IMG/VR virus record: IMGVR_UViG_3300030372_002033
Span: 1 to 35,198 of that record
Source of the DNA: a virus
Lineage: Duplodnaviria > Caudoviricetes
Length of the DNA stretch: 35,198 nt
Direction: 5' to 3' (one strand)
Both the position numbers and the translations under genes were made by a program. The notes beneath the pieces are model-generated. The model had not been told where the DNA came from. It worked only from the letters and a program-made list of their open reading frames with translations, and did not search any database. This document shows, in pieces, positions 17,264-26,828 of this stretch. The stretch's first letter is position 1, and every line of letters begins with the position of its first letter.

Positions 17264-20200
17264 TTATGTTGATGTATCAAATTTTAAAACTATTACAAAA
17301 TGGCTATCATATGGAGTATTAGTAGGATCAAAAGAAAAAACCATAATATCTCCTTTGCTAAAAGCATTTGTTACACTGCTAAAATCAAATTCATATGAAG
17401 TATCATCCACTCCCATATCTACAGTTACAGAGCTTGTAGGAGACAATGTAGAGGGAATTTCATACCCTGTTTCAGATGTTCTTAAATAAAAATTAAAATC
17501 ACTACTCCCACAAGCAGTTTCTGATCTAGCCATAACTTTTACCAAACTTCCATCGTATGGCGCTGTAAATACAAAGCTTTCACTAGCGCTTGTTATACTT
17601 GTTAAATCTCTTTGGGATTCTGCACCTGCTATAAATAAAAAAGAATTACTTGCAGTTGCTATATAAGCTCCCACTCTTATGAAATGAAAACAATTACTAT
17701 CTACATATTCTTTAACTCTATTTGCAGTTGATATGTTTGTAGAACTATTTCCTGACACAGCAGCCCCTATTCCAGTCATTTCAGTTCCACCTGCTATGCT
17801 AAACTTATCAGCGTCTAGTGAATCTACATTTGTAATATCATTATCACCAAAATCTACATTACCTGTCATAGTTCCGCCTGAAAGAGGTAATAATCCTAAG
17901 TCAGAAATAACCTCGTTTCCTGTACGACCTTCAAGACCATTTGCAGTAAATCGTGCATACTCATCATCATTAACGCTTCCACTATCTATTTTTACTGCAT
18001 TAGTATCAGCTATACCAAATGTGGGAACTGTAACTGTATTTGTAAATGTTATTTTATCAGAGCTTCTTGCAATACTGAGCCCTGTTCCAGCTTCTAAAAC
18101 AACAACGTCTGTTCCACTTCCACTTCCACCTGCAGTTAATACTATTTTTTCTTCGTCAGAATTATCCCCATCTGCACATGATACTGAGTAAGTTGTATTA
18201 GTATCGCTTCCACCTCCTGCAGCCCACACCACTTTACTATTGCCATTATCCCAAGTTAAAACTTGACCATCTGAAGGAGTATCTTGACCTATTTTTGAAA
18301 CTTCTCCAGCAGCATCTATTGTTATAGCTGCAGTTCCTCCTGCTTCTTTAATAGAGCCACCATCATCTATTATTAAATCTCCTTTAACTAAAAGATTTCC
18401 ACTTGAATCCCATGATCCTAAAGTTGTAGTATTGTCCTTAAATGTAATATCTCCACCGTCTGCATTTATCTCTATATCTCCAGCTACATCTAAAGTTAAG
18501 TTAGCATCTGTTCCACTACTAGCATCTACAGTAGTAAGTGTTGTAGCTCCATTAGCACCAGTAGCTAAAGTCATATAGTTAGTAGCGTCATATAAGCATT
18601 TAATATGAGTATTTGTATCAGCTCCTGTAGCCTGTAAGGATAATGCAGTGTTGTTTTGAGTGCCACTTGTGCCACCGATTACAGTTATTTCAGCACCTAT
18701 ATTATTAACAGTTCCAATCATTGTTGGAGTTGATGAATTTAAAGTTGTAGATATTCCTGTATTCGTACTCGTTTTTCCACTAGCAGTTGCAATAGTTTGA
18801 GTTACATTAAGAGATTGTGCTGTTGTAGAAGAGCCGCTACCTAGATTAGGGTTAAAAGCAGCCATAGTTTGTAATGCAGTACTTTCATCTTGTACAAATT
18901 GATTTCCATGCAACTTTAAGCTACCTCTAAGCATTTCAAGTCCATCTACTGTCATTTGAGTTGCTGCACAAGACAGTCCATAAATATATTTATAAGAACC
19001 TTGAGCTGTATGATTCGTACTAGCTACATACATATCAAGTCCATCTTCTCCAAAAGAGTTTTGAACTCTATGCCCCTTGCCTCCATAGAACGCAGAATTT
19101 GTAAAAACTTCAGCTGAAGCACTTGATCCTACTACTAAAGGAATAGTCCATGTATTATAAGCTACATCAGTATATCCTGAGCCATCTGAAGGATTAGGCT
19201 CTCCATCACTATCGACAGGTGTCCATTGTCCTTTCATCTTCCAATAACCCATTAAATTAGAAGCGTCTACAGCATTTGCAGCATAAGGATAGCCATTTGC
19301 GTATAATGTTACTGCTTGAGCACTTGTTAAAGAAGTTCTCCATACAGCAGTTTCTCCAATAGCTCCTGCAAACACTCCACTTGTGCCCCCTAAAACAAAT
19401 ACAGAATCTGCACTACCACTATGAGTTAAAGGAATAGCGTGCTCAATAGGAGATGTGTTTGACATGCCAGTTGATGTCATAGACATATTCATTTCTACTT
19501 TAACGCCATTTCTATATATAGTTAAACATTCTAGCCCAACACTGGAAATTTTTACTGTTTCATTTGCAGTAGCATCTGTTGTAAGTCCTGGCCCACCTGC
19601 TTCCACACTTGTCACAGTTATAGTAAGAGCATCTACAGCTTCTATTTTATGAATAACTTGACTAACTGTACCTAAATCTGGTAAAGCAATATGTATCATC
19701 ATTCCTACTACAAATCCATCTGTTACAAAGTTTCCATCTGACCTAGTAATAACTCTAGTACTTGCATTTACAGTTATTTTATTAACTAAATCTCCAGTTG
19801 TAACTTTTTTACTCATATCAAATACAGTTAAATAATGATACCATCTATTTTGAGCATAACCAGTAGCAGGAGTCTGTGGACGTTTAAAGTCAGGAGTTTC
19901 TATTAGAACTGGTTTTGTATGAGAATGTAAAGAACTAGCAGTTATATTGTCACGCATCTCAAACTCAATAGAGGTTCCTGTTGTATAAAACTTTATAAAA
20001 TTAGCATTGCATTCAGCTCCTGTATTAGTCGCTTTAACATACCAAGAAGTATCATCTGCATTTTCAGTATGATTTACCCATTGAGAAACGCTCCAATTAT
20101 CAGTTTCAAAAGCAGATATATGCCCTGTATGTAAAACTTGAAGTTGATCTTTAATAGTTGATGTAACCCATGCACTTGAAATATCCATTAAAGAAACTTT

Positions 20201-21919
20201 TCCATCAGGACTTACATATACTCCACCACTACCATCTGCTGTTTGGCTTTCTAAAAGTATTCCTTCGTTATCACTAATATAATTATTGTTAACATTTAAA
20301 GGAACTCTTAATATTTTAACTGAATCTGCTGCATTTCTGTAAGACGATCCCTTCATTCCAGAAGAAAGCGAAGGCCCATTAACTGCTGTAGCAGGATAAT
20401 CTGTACTTCTCCAGGGAACTGAATTTGAGACAATATTGCTATTCAAGGCAGACATTTTCCAATAAGTAACCAAGTTATGCTTTTGAATATTAATAGCATC
20501 ATAAGCATGTCCATTATCATAAATTTCTAAAACTTCTGTGCTAGTAAGATAAGTATTCCATATAGCTACCTCTCCAACCAAACCTCTTAAAGAATTTGAA
20601 GTATATCCGATATAAAAAGTTGAAGCTCCTGTAGAAAGTGCTGGTGGAAATTTATCAGCAAACCCAATAGAAAGACCTGCTGTCTGAGCATAACTAGCTA
20701 CATGCTTTTCTCTAAATGTATTGCATTGTATTCTAACATTATTGGAATCGCTACCAGAAGCGTTAAACGATCTTATAAAACTATAAGAACCTGAATTAGC
20801 AACAGTTAAACTTCCTGCTAAAACAGTTTTTAATACAAATACATTATTATTATCACTGTGGCTAGCACCAGAAATACTTATTCTCATACCAGGTTGAAAG
20901 CCATCATCTATAAAGCTTCCACTTGATCTTTCAACAACACTCGTTGAAGAAAAATCTAAAATATTATTATAAGAAACATCTATTGCATCATGGGCACTCC
21001 ATACAAGGTTGTTGCCATTAGATCCTGACAATAATGTACCATTTTTATATATTTTAACTTTTTTTGGCTCAGAAGCTAATAGTATATTTTCACTATTAGA
21101 ATCTACACCTTTGTTTGTGAAGACATGAGGAGTAGTCCCTCCATCAGAACTAACTATTAAATGGTCGCCAGGGCTAGTAATATCTACTATTTCTGTTATA
21201 GTATAAGTGCCATCGTTATTAGCACCACTACCATTATTTGTAGTTCCTGATATATTTAGAATATCTCCAACATGCCAATTACTGCCAGGATTGTATTCAT
21301 TATTGCTAGCAAAAAATATTCTTCCATTTGCATCTGTCGTATCGCTATCAGATACTTGATTAAAATAAAAAGGAATACTATTTACGCCAATTACAGAATG
21401 CTCTGCTGTTTCAGTTCCATCGTAAACTACAGTCCAATGATTCCATGCATTTAAATCTCCTACAACATCAGATGTATATAAATTTGTACTTACTAAAAAT
21501 CCTGCTGGTACAGAAGACCCATATCCATTCTCCCCAGTAGAAACCCAGTTTAATCTTATTTGCCTAGAGGATGTTAGCTTTAACTCTATATATTGAGTAG
21601 AACTAACATAGTATTTCCATAATATTTGCTCTGTAGAATCTGTAGTATTATAATGCCATAAAGAAATTGTAAATGCACTTCCTAAAGGAAACTCTATTAT
21701 TTCTCCACAGTTTAAATGATGAGTAGCACCAGTAAAAGACAATGCTCCTGTAGATGCACTTACAAAATTAGATGAGCCATCATCTTGAATAAGAACACCT
21801 TCATTTCCACCATCATTGGAGATATAGTTATCATTTAAAGCTATATTCTCTTTTATATTAGAGCCTACATCAAGCTTTTCATCAAATGTACCTGTAAATG
21901 GATTAAACTTGTATGCCAT
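17264..21919 (-). CDS. Large tail fibre/spike with two LamG (concanavalin A-like) domains
   Basis: 1551 aa, S/T/G-rich. N-terminal MAYKFNPFTG. LamG signatures occur twice (FTISLW..WNHWTVVYDG..IYKNG..GEVAIWNTYLT..LVTYWKM and WSVSQW..WYHYLTVFD..IYRNG..GETAVWRTSLT..LMGYWKM). Fibre motif PSDGQVLTWD. Confidence 0.85.
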   Translation of the reverse strand: MAYKFNPFTGTFDEKLDVGSNIKENIALNDNYISNDGGNEGVLIQDDGSSNFVSASTGALSFTGATHHLNCGEIIEFPLGSAFTISLWHYNTTDSTEQILWKYYVSSTQYIELKLTSSRQIRLNWVSTGENGYGSSVPAGFLVSTNLYTSDVVGDLNAWNHWTVVYDGTETAEHSVIGVNSIPFYFNQVSDSDTTDANGRIFFASNNEYNPGSNWHVGDILNISGTTNNGSGANNDGTYTITEIVDITSPGDHLIVSSDGGTTPHVFTNKGVDSNSENILLASEPKKVKIYKNGTLLSGSNGNNLVWSAHDAIDVSYNNILDFSSTSVVERSSGSFIDDGFQPGMRISISGASHSDNNNVFVLKTVLAGSLTVANSGSYSFIRSFNASGSDSNNVRIQCNTFREKHVASYAQTAGLSIGFADKFPPALSTGASTFYIGYTSNSLRGLVGEVAIWNTYLTSTEVLEIYDNGHAYDAINIQKHNLVTYWKMSALNSNIVSNSVPWRSTDYPATAVNGPSLSSGMKGSSYRNAADSVKILRVPLNVNNNYISDNEGILLESQTADGSGGVYVSPDGKVSLMDISSAWVTSTIKDQLQVLHTGHISAFETDNWSVSQWVNHTENADDTSWYVKATNTGAECNANFIKFYTTGTSIEFEMRDNITASSLHSHTKPVLIETPDFKRPQTPATGYAQNRWYHYLTVFDMSKKVTTGDLVNKITVNASTRVITRSDGNFVTDGFVVGMMIHIALPDLGTVSQVIHKIEAVDALTITVTSVEAGGPGLTTDATANETVKISSVGLECLTIYRNGVKVEMNMSMTSTGMSNTSPIEHAIPLTHSGSADSVFVLGGTSGVFAGAIGETAVWRTSLTSAQAVTLYANGYPYAANAVDASNLMGYWKMKGQWTPVDSDGEPNPSDGSGYTDVAYNTWTIPLVVGSSASAEVFTNSAFYGGKGHRVQNSFGEDGLDMYVASTNHTAQGSYKYIYGLSCAATQMTVDGLEMLRGSLKLHGNQFVQDESTALQTMAAFNPNLGSGSSTTAQSLNVTQTIATASGKTSTNTGISTTLNSSTPTMIGTVNNIGAEITVIGGTSGTQNNTALSLQATGADTNTHIKCLYDATNYMTLATGANGATTLTTVDASSGTDANLTLDVAGDIEINADGGDITFKDNTTTLGSWDSSGNLLVKGDLIIDDGGSIKEAGGTAAITIDAAGEVSKIGQDTPSDGQVLTWDNGNSKVVWAAGGGSDTNTTYSVSCADGDNSDEEKIVLTAGGSGSGTDVVVLEAGTGLSIARSSDKITFTNTVTVPTFGIADTNAVKIDSGSVNDDEYARFTANGLEGRTGNEVISDLGLLPLSGGTMTGNVDFGDNDITNVDSLDADKFSIAGGTEMTGIGAAVSGNSSTNISTANRVKEYVDSNCFHFIRVGAYIATASNSFLFIAGAESQRDLTSITSASESFVFTAPYDGSLVKVMARSETACGSSDFNFYLRTSETGYEIPSTLSPTSSVTVDMGVDDTSYEFDFSSVTNAFSKGDIMVFSFDPTNTPYDSHFVIVLKFDTST

Positions 21920-22113
21920 TATGATTTAGTCACCGTTTGTAAGTTTTTATCAGTATCGTATGCTAATGTCAGTGTAGCTATAGTTGTTCCACTAGCTCCA
22001 CCAGTTTTATAGGTTACTGTCTGTATATCTCCATCAGAGTTATATGCAAGATGTATATAGTCATACTTCTCAGGAGTTAGAGCGCTTAATGCTATTACCT
22101 TAGGCGATGGCAT
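21919..22113 (-). CDS. Small beta-rich virion protein (possible fibre-associated)
   Basis: 64-aa ORF with TAATG coupling on both sides and an internal repeat (LAYNSDGDIQTVT / LAYDTDKNLQTVT). Confidence 0.7.
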   Translation of the reverse strand: MPSPKVIALSALTPEKYDYIHLAYNSDGDIQTVTYKTGGASGTTIATLTLAYDTDKNLQTVTKS

Positions 22114-22469
22114 TAGAAGCTCTCTGTTACATTACTATTACCAGGATTATAATAAGCTTCCTTTTCTTCTAATATTAAAGCATCTGTTTGACCTTGTATA
22201 ACCCTAGTCTTTGGACTATATTTAGGCTCTGAAGCTATATCTGCAACCTCACCTGCCAACATCTTGCTATAAAGCTGATCTAAATGCTTTATTAAAGAAT
22301 GTGTAAACTTCATACCAGTCATATTAGTAGGAGCTTTAGTCTTAGCTACATCCTCTAATTCAGGTGTATGTTGTGCAGGTGTATTAGGTGGATGCATTGG
22401 AGCTTTAGCATTCCTACCTGCTGTAATATCTATATGTTGTCCTAATTTGTCAAACAAAGAATATGCCAT
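22113..22469 (-). CDS. Hypothetical protein
   Basis: 118-aa ORF with an AGGAG RBS. Confidence 0.7.
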   Translation of the reverse strand: MAYSLFDKLGQHIDITAGRNAKAPMHPPNTPAQHTPELEDVAKTKAPTNMTGMKFTHSLIKHLDQLYSKMLAGEVADIASEPKYSPKTRVIQGQTDALILEEKEAYYNPGNSNVTESF

Positions 22470-22477
22470 TATCTCTC

Positions 22478-22972
22478 CTATAAGTATTGAACGCCTATCT
22501 TAATATTTAATCCAGAAGCGGTATGATCAGGCGTCCCTGTGGTAATGCCAGCTATATATAAATTTTCATTTACTCCATTAGCTTTTACTACCATATTAAT
22601 ATCTTTAATGCTTGATATTCTATGATTATCAATATCATTAGCTGTATCAAAATATGTCATTGTAACACCTCCCGCTATTCCAGTATTATCAGCTATATTA
22701 GCGGTGGCATTAATAGTTCCAAAATCAGTACTATTTGTCGTAAAATATATTTCACAAGGAACCCCTTGATCATCAGCATCAATCATAGTAATACTTCTTA
22801 TCATACATGCATCATTTTTATGCCCAAATATTCCTTCAATTAATACTGGATTAAATAATACATCTGCATCTGCGTAAGTACTGGTATCCAATGTTGGAGT
22901 TACTGTAAAAACATCAAATGTTCTATTTAATGCTTGCTGAACAGAATATCTATGTAAATCTTTATTTGCCAT
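22478..22972 (-). CDS. Putative beta-rich structural protein
   Basis: 164-aa ORF with an AAGGAG RBS, within the tail module. Confidence 0.65.
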   Translation of the reverse strand: MANKDLHRYSVQQALNRTFDVFTVTPTLDTSTYADADVLFNPVLIEGIFGHKNDACMIRSITMIDADDQGVPCEIYFTTNSTDFGTINATANIADNTGIAGGVTMTYFDTANDIDNHRISSIKDINMVVKANGVNENLYIAGITTGTPDHTASGLNIKIGVQYL

Positions 22973-23024
22973 TTTTATCTCCTTTTTGAGTTTCCCCTAA
23001 GCACTGGCTGTGCGTGAACGGGTG

Positions 23025-23657
23025 TTATGTCATTGATTTAAAGCCTTGTACTATATAAGGCCCACGTTTAAGAGCAGAACTGCCCTTCTCTAGTTGTTTT
23101 TTAAATTCTCTCATGAAGAACTGCCTTCTATCAAAATCTCCTGCATCTTCGGCCATTTTGGCCTTTAAATAGTAAACTACAGCGTTAGCATGATATCTAC
23201 TAAGGTCTAATTCAAATGTCTCATCTTGCAAAACAGACACATCTTTTAATAATGTAAATGCCTCAGTAACAGATCCTCCATTGTATTTAGTTTTTAATAC
23301 TAAAGATGTAGAGCTAGATGTTGCAGCATTAACTATATGTAATCCGTTCCATTTTTCTGATCCAGTAATAACAATAGGTGTATTTATTGCAAAACTAGAA
23401 GATGGTATTGTTAAAGACAATAATCCTAAAGATTCTGTATATGCACTTACTGCAAGAGAATCATCTGCATCATTTATTCTATATGATGGAGTATATGCGT
23501 ATTGTATTTCTAAGCCATCTGTAACACTTTCAGTAGGACTTTTATACATTCCATATTCATCATTACTAGATCCAGCTAAAGCATCTTCTCTTTGTATTAT
23601 AGCTAGCTTGTTACCTTTTATATAATATGCGTATTTTCTTTTAGTTGCCATCTTCAT
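23025..23657 (-). CDS. Putative C-terminal half of a head-tail adaptor/tail ring protein
   Basis: 210 aa (start may be MATKR at 23651). GLEIQYAY...LDLSRYHANAVVYYLKAK...FMREFKKQL resembles the C-terminal helices of adaptor proteins. Confidence 0.55.
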   Translation of the reverse strand: MKMATKRKYAYYIKGNKLAIIQREDALAGSSNDEYGMYKSPTESVTDGLEIQYAYTPSYRINDADDSLAVSAYTESLGLLSLTIPSSSFAINTPIVITGSEKWNGLHIVNAATSSSTSLVLKTKYNGGSVTEAFTLLKDVSVLQDETFELDLSRYHANAVVYYLKAKMAEDAGDFDRRQFFMREFKKQLEKGSSALKRGPYIVQGFKSMT

Positions 23658-23922
23658 CCACTATTGCAGGTTCATATATAGACCTTGGTATTGATCTATA
23701 CTTTTCATCTTCATTGTTATGATGCTTACACCTAATATCAAGCACCTTTAAACAATCGTTTGGTAGATCATAAAATCTTTGATCTGCAGTTATGTCAATT
23801 CTTTGTGTAGTTACGTGGGTCTCTGAGCTAATATTAATCTCATCTAAAGCGTCTTTTATATAAGCAACGGCACGACCTGTTTGGGTCATGCCTGCTCTTT
23901 CCATTATTTCTTTAACCTTCAT
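23641..23922 (-). CDS. Putative N-terminal half of a head-tail adaptor/tail ring protein
   Basis: 93 aa. YIKDALDEI...DQRFYDLPNDCLKVLDIR is a Y-x-L-P-x-D adaptor/tail tubular A-like motif. Confidence 0.55.
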   Translation of the reverse strand: MKVKEIMERAGMTQTGRAVAYIKDALDEINISSETHVTTQRIDITADQRFYDLPNDCLKVLDIRCKHHNNEDEKYRSIPRSIYEPAIVDEDGN

Positions 23923-24112
23923 TAGACTCCTTTGGATTCATTTGATCTCCAACCTCAATAGCTCCTTCAGCTTTTAAAGACATTTTAGTATAATGATCTA
24001 TTTGCTTCAAAGCTTCTTGATGTTGTGCTACTAGATTTTCTCTAACTTCTTTCCATTCTAGCTTTTTAGACTCTTCTACTACTTCTGCATCTTTTATTTT
24101 CGCTTTACTCAT
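23912..24112 (-). CDS. Small coiled-coil protein
   Basis: 66-aa ORF with an AAGGAG RBS, following the tail fibre gene. Confidence 0.65.
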   Translation of the reverse strand: MSKAKIKDAEVVEESKKLEWKEVRENLVAQHQEALKQIDHYTKMSLKAEGAIEVGDQMNPKESNEG

Positions 24113-24122
24113 TGTCTCTCCT

Positions 24123-25868
24123 TTATGATGTTCTAACTTCTCTTAATTGTACTGTATAACCACAAGTATGGCTAGCAACAGGACTTGTCATTGTTAATAT
24201 TATACTACCTCCATTATCTGAAAGTACAGGATCAGCTATGTCAGTTGTTCCTTGTTCCCATAACGTAGCTACATCAAGTGTCCCTCCATGGGTAAAAGAA
24301 CCTCTTACACTCCAAGAATACCCAGAATTATTAGCTGAATTTCTTAAAACTACCAATAACTCCATTGCAACAACATGATAATCTTGAGCATCATCACAAA
24401 GAGTTAACTCATGAGTTGTTGAAGATGCAGCGTTCCATTCTCCTACATAAGAAACTATTCTTGAATATTCAGTAGTTGCTCCCCAGAAAATAGATTCATT
24501 GGTTGCAATATGTAAACTGTGTTGTGGATTAGATACACCTATACCAACATTTCCACCTGCCTTAATACGCATAACTTCTTCAGATGTCGTTACAGAACCA
24601 GCATCGGCAGAACCATCAGTTAGAAATATAAAATCTGACCTTCCATATGTTGCACTTCGTACTGCTCCAAACCAACATTTTACTCTTTCTGTAGCAGCAG
24701 TTCCACCACCAGAAGTTCTGAATCCTATTCCAGTATAACGTGCAGTAGCATTGCCATCAGTTGTATCACCTAAATTTTCTATCAAAAGGTCTTCAAAGGG
24801 ACTAAAAGTAGCACTATTTACCGTTTTACTTATATGAAGTTTAGAATTTGGAATAGTAACTCCAATACCAATTTTACCATCGTGCCTAATAACCATTCTT
24901 TGCGCAATTGTATTAGAAGCATTATCATCGCAGGTAAAAAACTTTAAATTAGTAGGAGCATCATTTGCACTACTGTCATCCCATGTTCCAGCACCTTCAG
25001 CAAGTATTTTAGCTCCAACTGTTGGAGGACTCGATATACTTGAATCAGAACCAAGAAAATAAATTGTTCCCAAATCTGTATCAGCACCTACAGTAGTATC
25101 TGACCCTTGTAAAGCTAGAGTTCCACCTCCAGTAGTTTGATCATCTGTACTATGGCCACTTTTTATATGTAAAGCATAGGTTGGTTCAATAGTGCCTATA
25201 CCAACATTTCCATTTTGTAAAATACTAAAAGCACCTGATGTATCCTCCATATTTATTACAAAATCTTCAGTCGTACCATCTAGTTTTAGCACAGCATAAT
25301 GTGAACCCCCAGAATCAGTTTTAGCTTGAAGCTTAATTTCTGAATCTGCACCATTATAATCATTTACTATACGAAGAGTACAATTAGCATTTGTAGTATT
25401 ATTATTCCAAATATCTAAGTTTTCCTGAGGACTAACTGTACCAATACCAACATTTCCGCCAGAAAAAGAAAACAGACTATCAGTACTAAAAGTCATAAGG
25501 TTTGAGCTATGGTTGTAATTAATTGAGCCAGGAGTTCCAGCTACATCTGAAAAATAAATACCAGCTGTTTCACCATTTGGGACTCCAAGTTCTAAGTAAT
25601 TATTAGCACTATCTTCAATAAATAAATTTGTATTTGCATGTGGAGTTACTCCAGAGTTAGCTGCATATAAATGTAAAAGCTTATCTGGAGCAGCAGTATT
25701 AATACCAATTCTATCTGTATTTAAATATAATGGAGTTGCATCATTGTCTCCAGTTTTTACTTGTACAGCATTTCCATCTGCTCCAGCTACTGTACTTCCA
25801 CTATTACCTTCAAGTTTTAATAAGCTTGTATATGTTGATGCTATTGTCTTTCCTGTTAAAGTTGCCAT
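24123..25868 (-). CDS. Tail fibre protein
   Basis: 581 aa with five (G/R)-[NKI]-[VI]-GIG-type repeats (RIGINTAAP, GNVGIGTVSP, GNVGIGTIEP, GKIGIGVTIP, GNVGIGVSNP), each followed by an L[HD][IL] motif. Confidence 0.85.
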   Translation of the reverse strand: MATLTGKTIASTYTSLLKLEGNSGSTVAGADGNAVQVKTGDNDATPLYLNTDRIGINTAAPDKLLHLYAANSGVTPHANTNLFIEDSANNYLELGVPNGETAGIYFSDVAGTPGSINYNHSSNLMTFSTDSLFSFSGGNVGIGTVSPQENLDIWNNNTTNANCTLRIVNDYNGADSEIKLQAKTDSGGSHYAVLKLDGTTEDFVINMEDTSGAFSILQNGNVGIGTIEPTYALHIKSGHSTDDQTTGGGTLALQGSDTTVGADTDLGTIYFLGSDSSISSPPTVGAKILAEGAGTWDDSSANDAPTNLKFFTCDDNASNTIAQRMVIRHDGKIGIGVTIPNSKLHISKTVNSATFSPFEDLLIENLGDTTDGNATARYTGIGFRTSGGGTAATERVKCWFGAVRSATYGRSDFIFLTDGSADAGSVTTSEEVMRIKAGGNVGIGVSNPQHSLHIATNESIFWGATTEYSRIVSYVGEWNAASSTTHELTLCDDAQDYHVVAMELLVVLRNSANNSGYSWSVRGSFTHGGTLDVATLWEQGTTDIADPVLSDNGGSIILTMTSPVASHTCGYTVQLREVRTS

Positions 25869-25890
25869 TTCAGATATCCTTACTAATGCG

Positions 25891-26436
25891 TTATCCTTTT
25901 GCTATTAAATATTCTATTTCTGTAGTTTCACTTGCACTACACTTTACATAAATATCATTACAATCAATAGGGGCAGATATACCCGATCTCTCGTCTCCAG
26001 CAGCACCTCTAATATTTATACTTCCCTCAGGAGGAATAATAATCAAATACTTACTGTTGTCATTGCCTTGTAATGATAATAATACTTCGTTTGTTAACCC
26101 TAAATTCTTTATATATAAAAATGCACAATCATTACTATCAGTTGATAATTGCGTAGCACTATCAGTTAATGCAACTCTTCCACTTTTAGTTGGATATAAT
26201 AATACATCTTCCCAATTTACATCTGTAAACTCTTCCCATTTATTTATCTCTCCATGAGTAGTTGAAGTCCATTTATCGCCCCATTGAGAAGCATCTATAA
26301 TAGCAGTTCCTTTTCCACCTAATGTTTTTCCCACTTCACTTTGAAATTCTTCATGTGTTACATTTGCTTCTTCCATCTCTTTAATCTGAGTTGGTATTAC
26401 ATAAGTACTAAATATTACTTTTCTTGCGTTTGCCAT
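25891..26436 (-). CDS. Putative tail/collar structural protein (paralog of 26436-26828)
   Basis: 181 aa. FLYIKNLG...YLIII...IYVKCSASETTEIEY is shared with the adjacent gene. Confidence 0.65.
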   Translation of the reverse strand: MANARKVIFSTYVIPTQIKEMEEANVTHEEFQSEVGKTLGGKGTAIIDASQWGDKWTSTTHGEINKWEEFTDVNWEDVLLYPTKSGRVALTDSATQLSTDSNDCAFLYIKNLGLTNEVLLSLQGNDNSKYLIIIPPEGSINIRGAAGDERSGISAPIDCNDIYVKCSASETTEIEYLIAKG

Positions 26437-26828
26437 TAATTAGCCTTATAATATTCTACTGTTGAGGTTTCTCCAGACGTACATTTAACCTTAATTACTG
26501 CAGAATTAGATAGTTGAGAAGCAAATGCTTCACTGCTTGATAATATAATAATATAAGTCGTTCCATCAACACATAGTAGCACATCGCTGTCACCTGTATT
26601 TTTAATATAAAAAAAGTCAGTAGAACTTGTTAAAGTAATAGATGCGCTATCAGTTACTGCAAAATTTTCTACCAAAGATCTTGAACCTCCTAATGTAGCT
26701 CCTCCTATATCTCCAGTTCCTGAAAACTTTTTACCAGCATCACTATCTAAATAATATCTATCTCCAGCACTATGCTGTTCTTGAGGTGTAGCATGATTTT
26801 TATATCTTACTCTATAAGTAGTAGCCAT
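26436..26828 (-). CDS. Putative tail/collar structural protein (paralog of 25891-26436)
   Basis: 130 aa. FFYIKNTG...YIIIL...IKVKCTSGETSTVEY. TAATG-coupled. Confidence 0.65.
   Translation of the reverse strand: MATTYRVRYKNHATPQEQHSAGDRYYLDSDAGKKFSGTGDIGGATLGGSRSLVENFAVTDSASITLTSSTDFFYIKNTGDSDVLLCVDGTTYIIILSSSEAFASQLSNSAVIKVKCTSGETSTVEYYKAN

Noticed and set aside
24123-24500. Peptidase S74 intramolecular chaperone or DGR target at the fibre C-terminus
   Set aside because: No SDxRLK motif was seen, and there is no reverse transcriptase or template repeat in the window.
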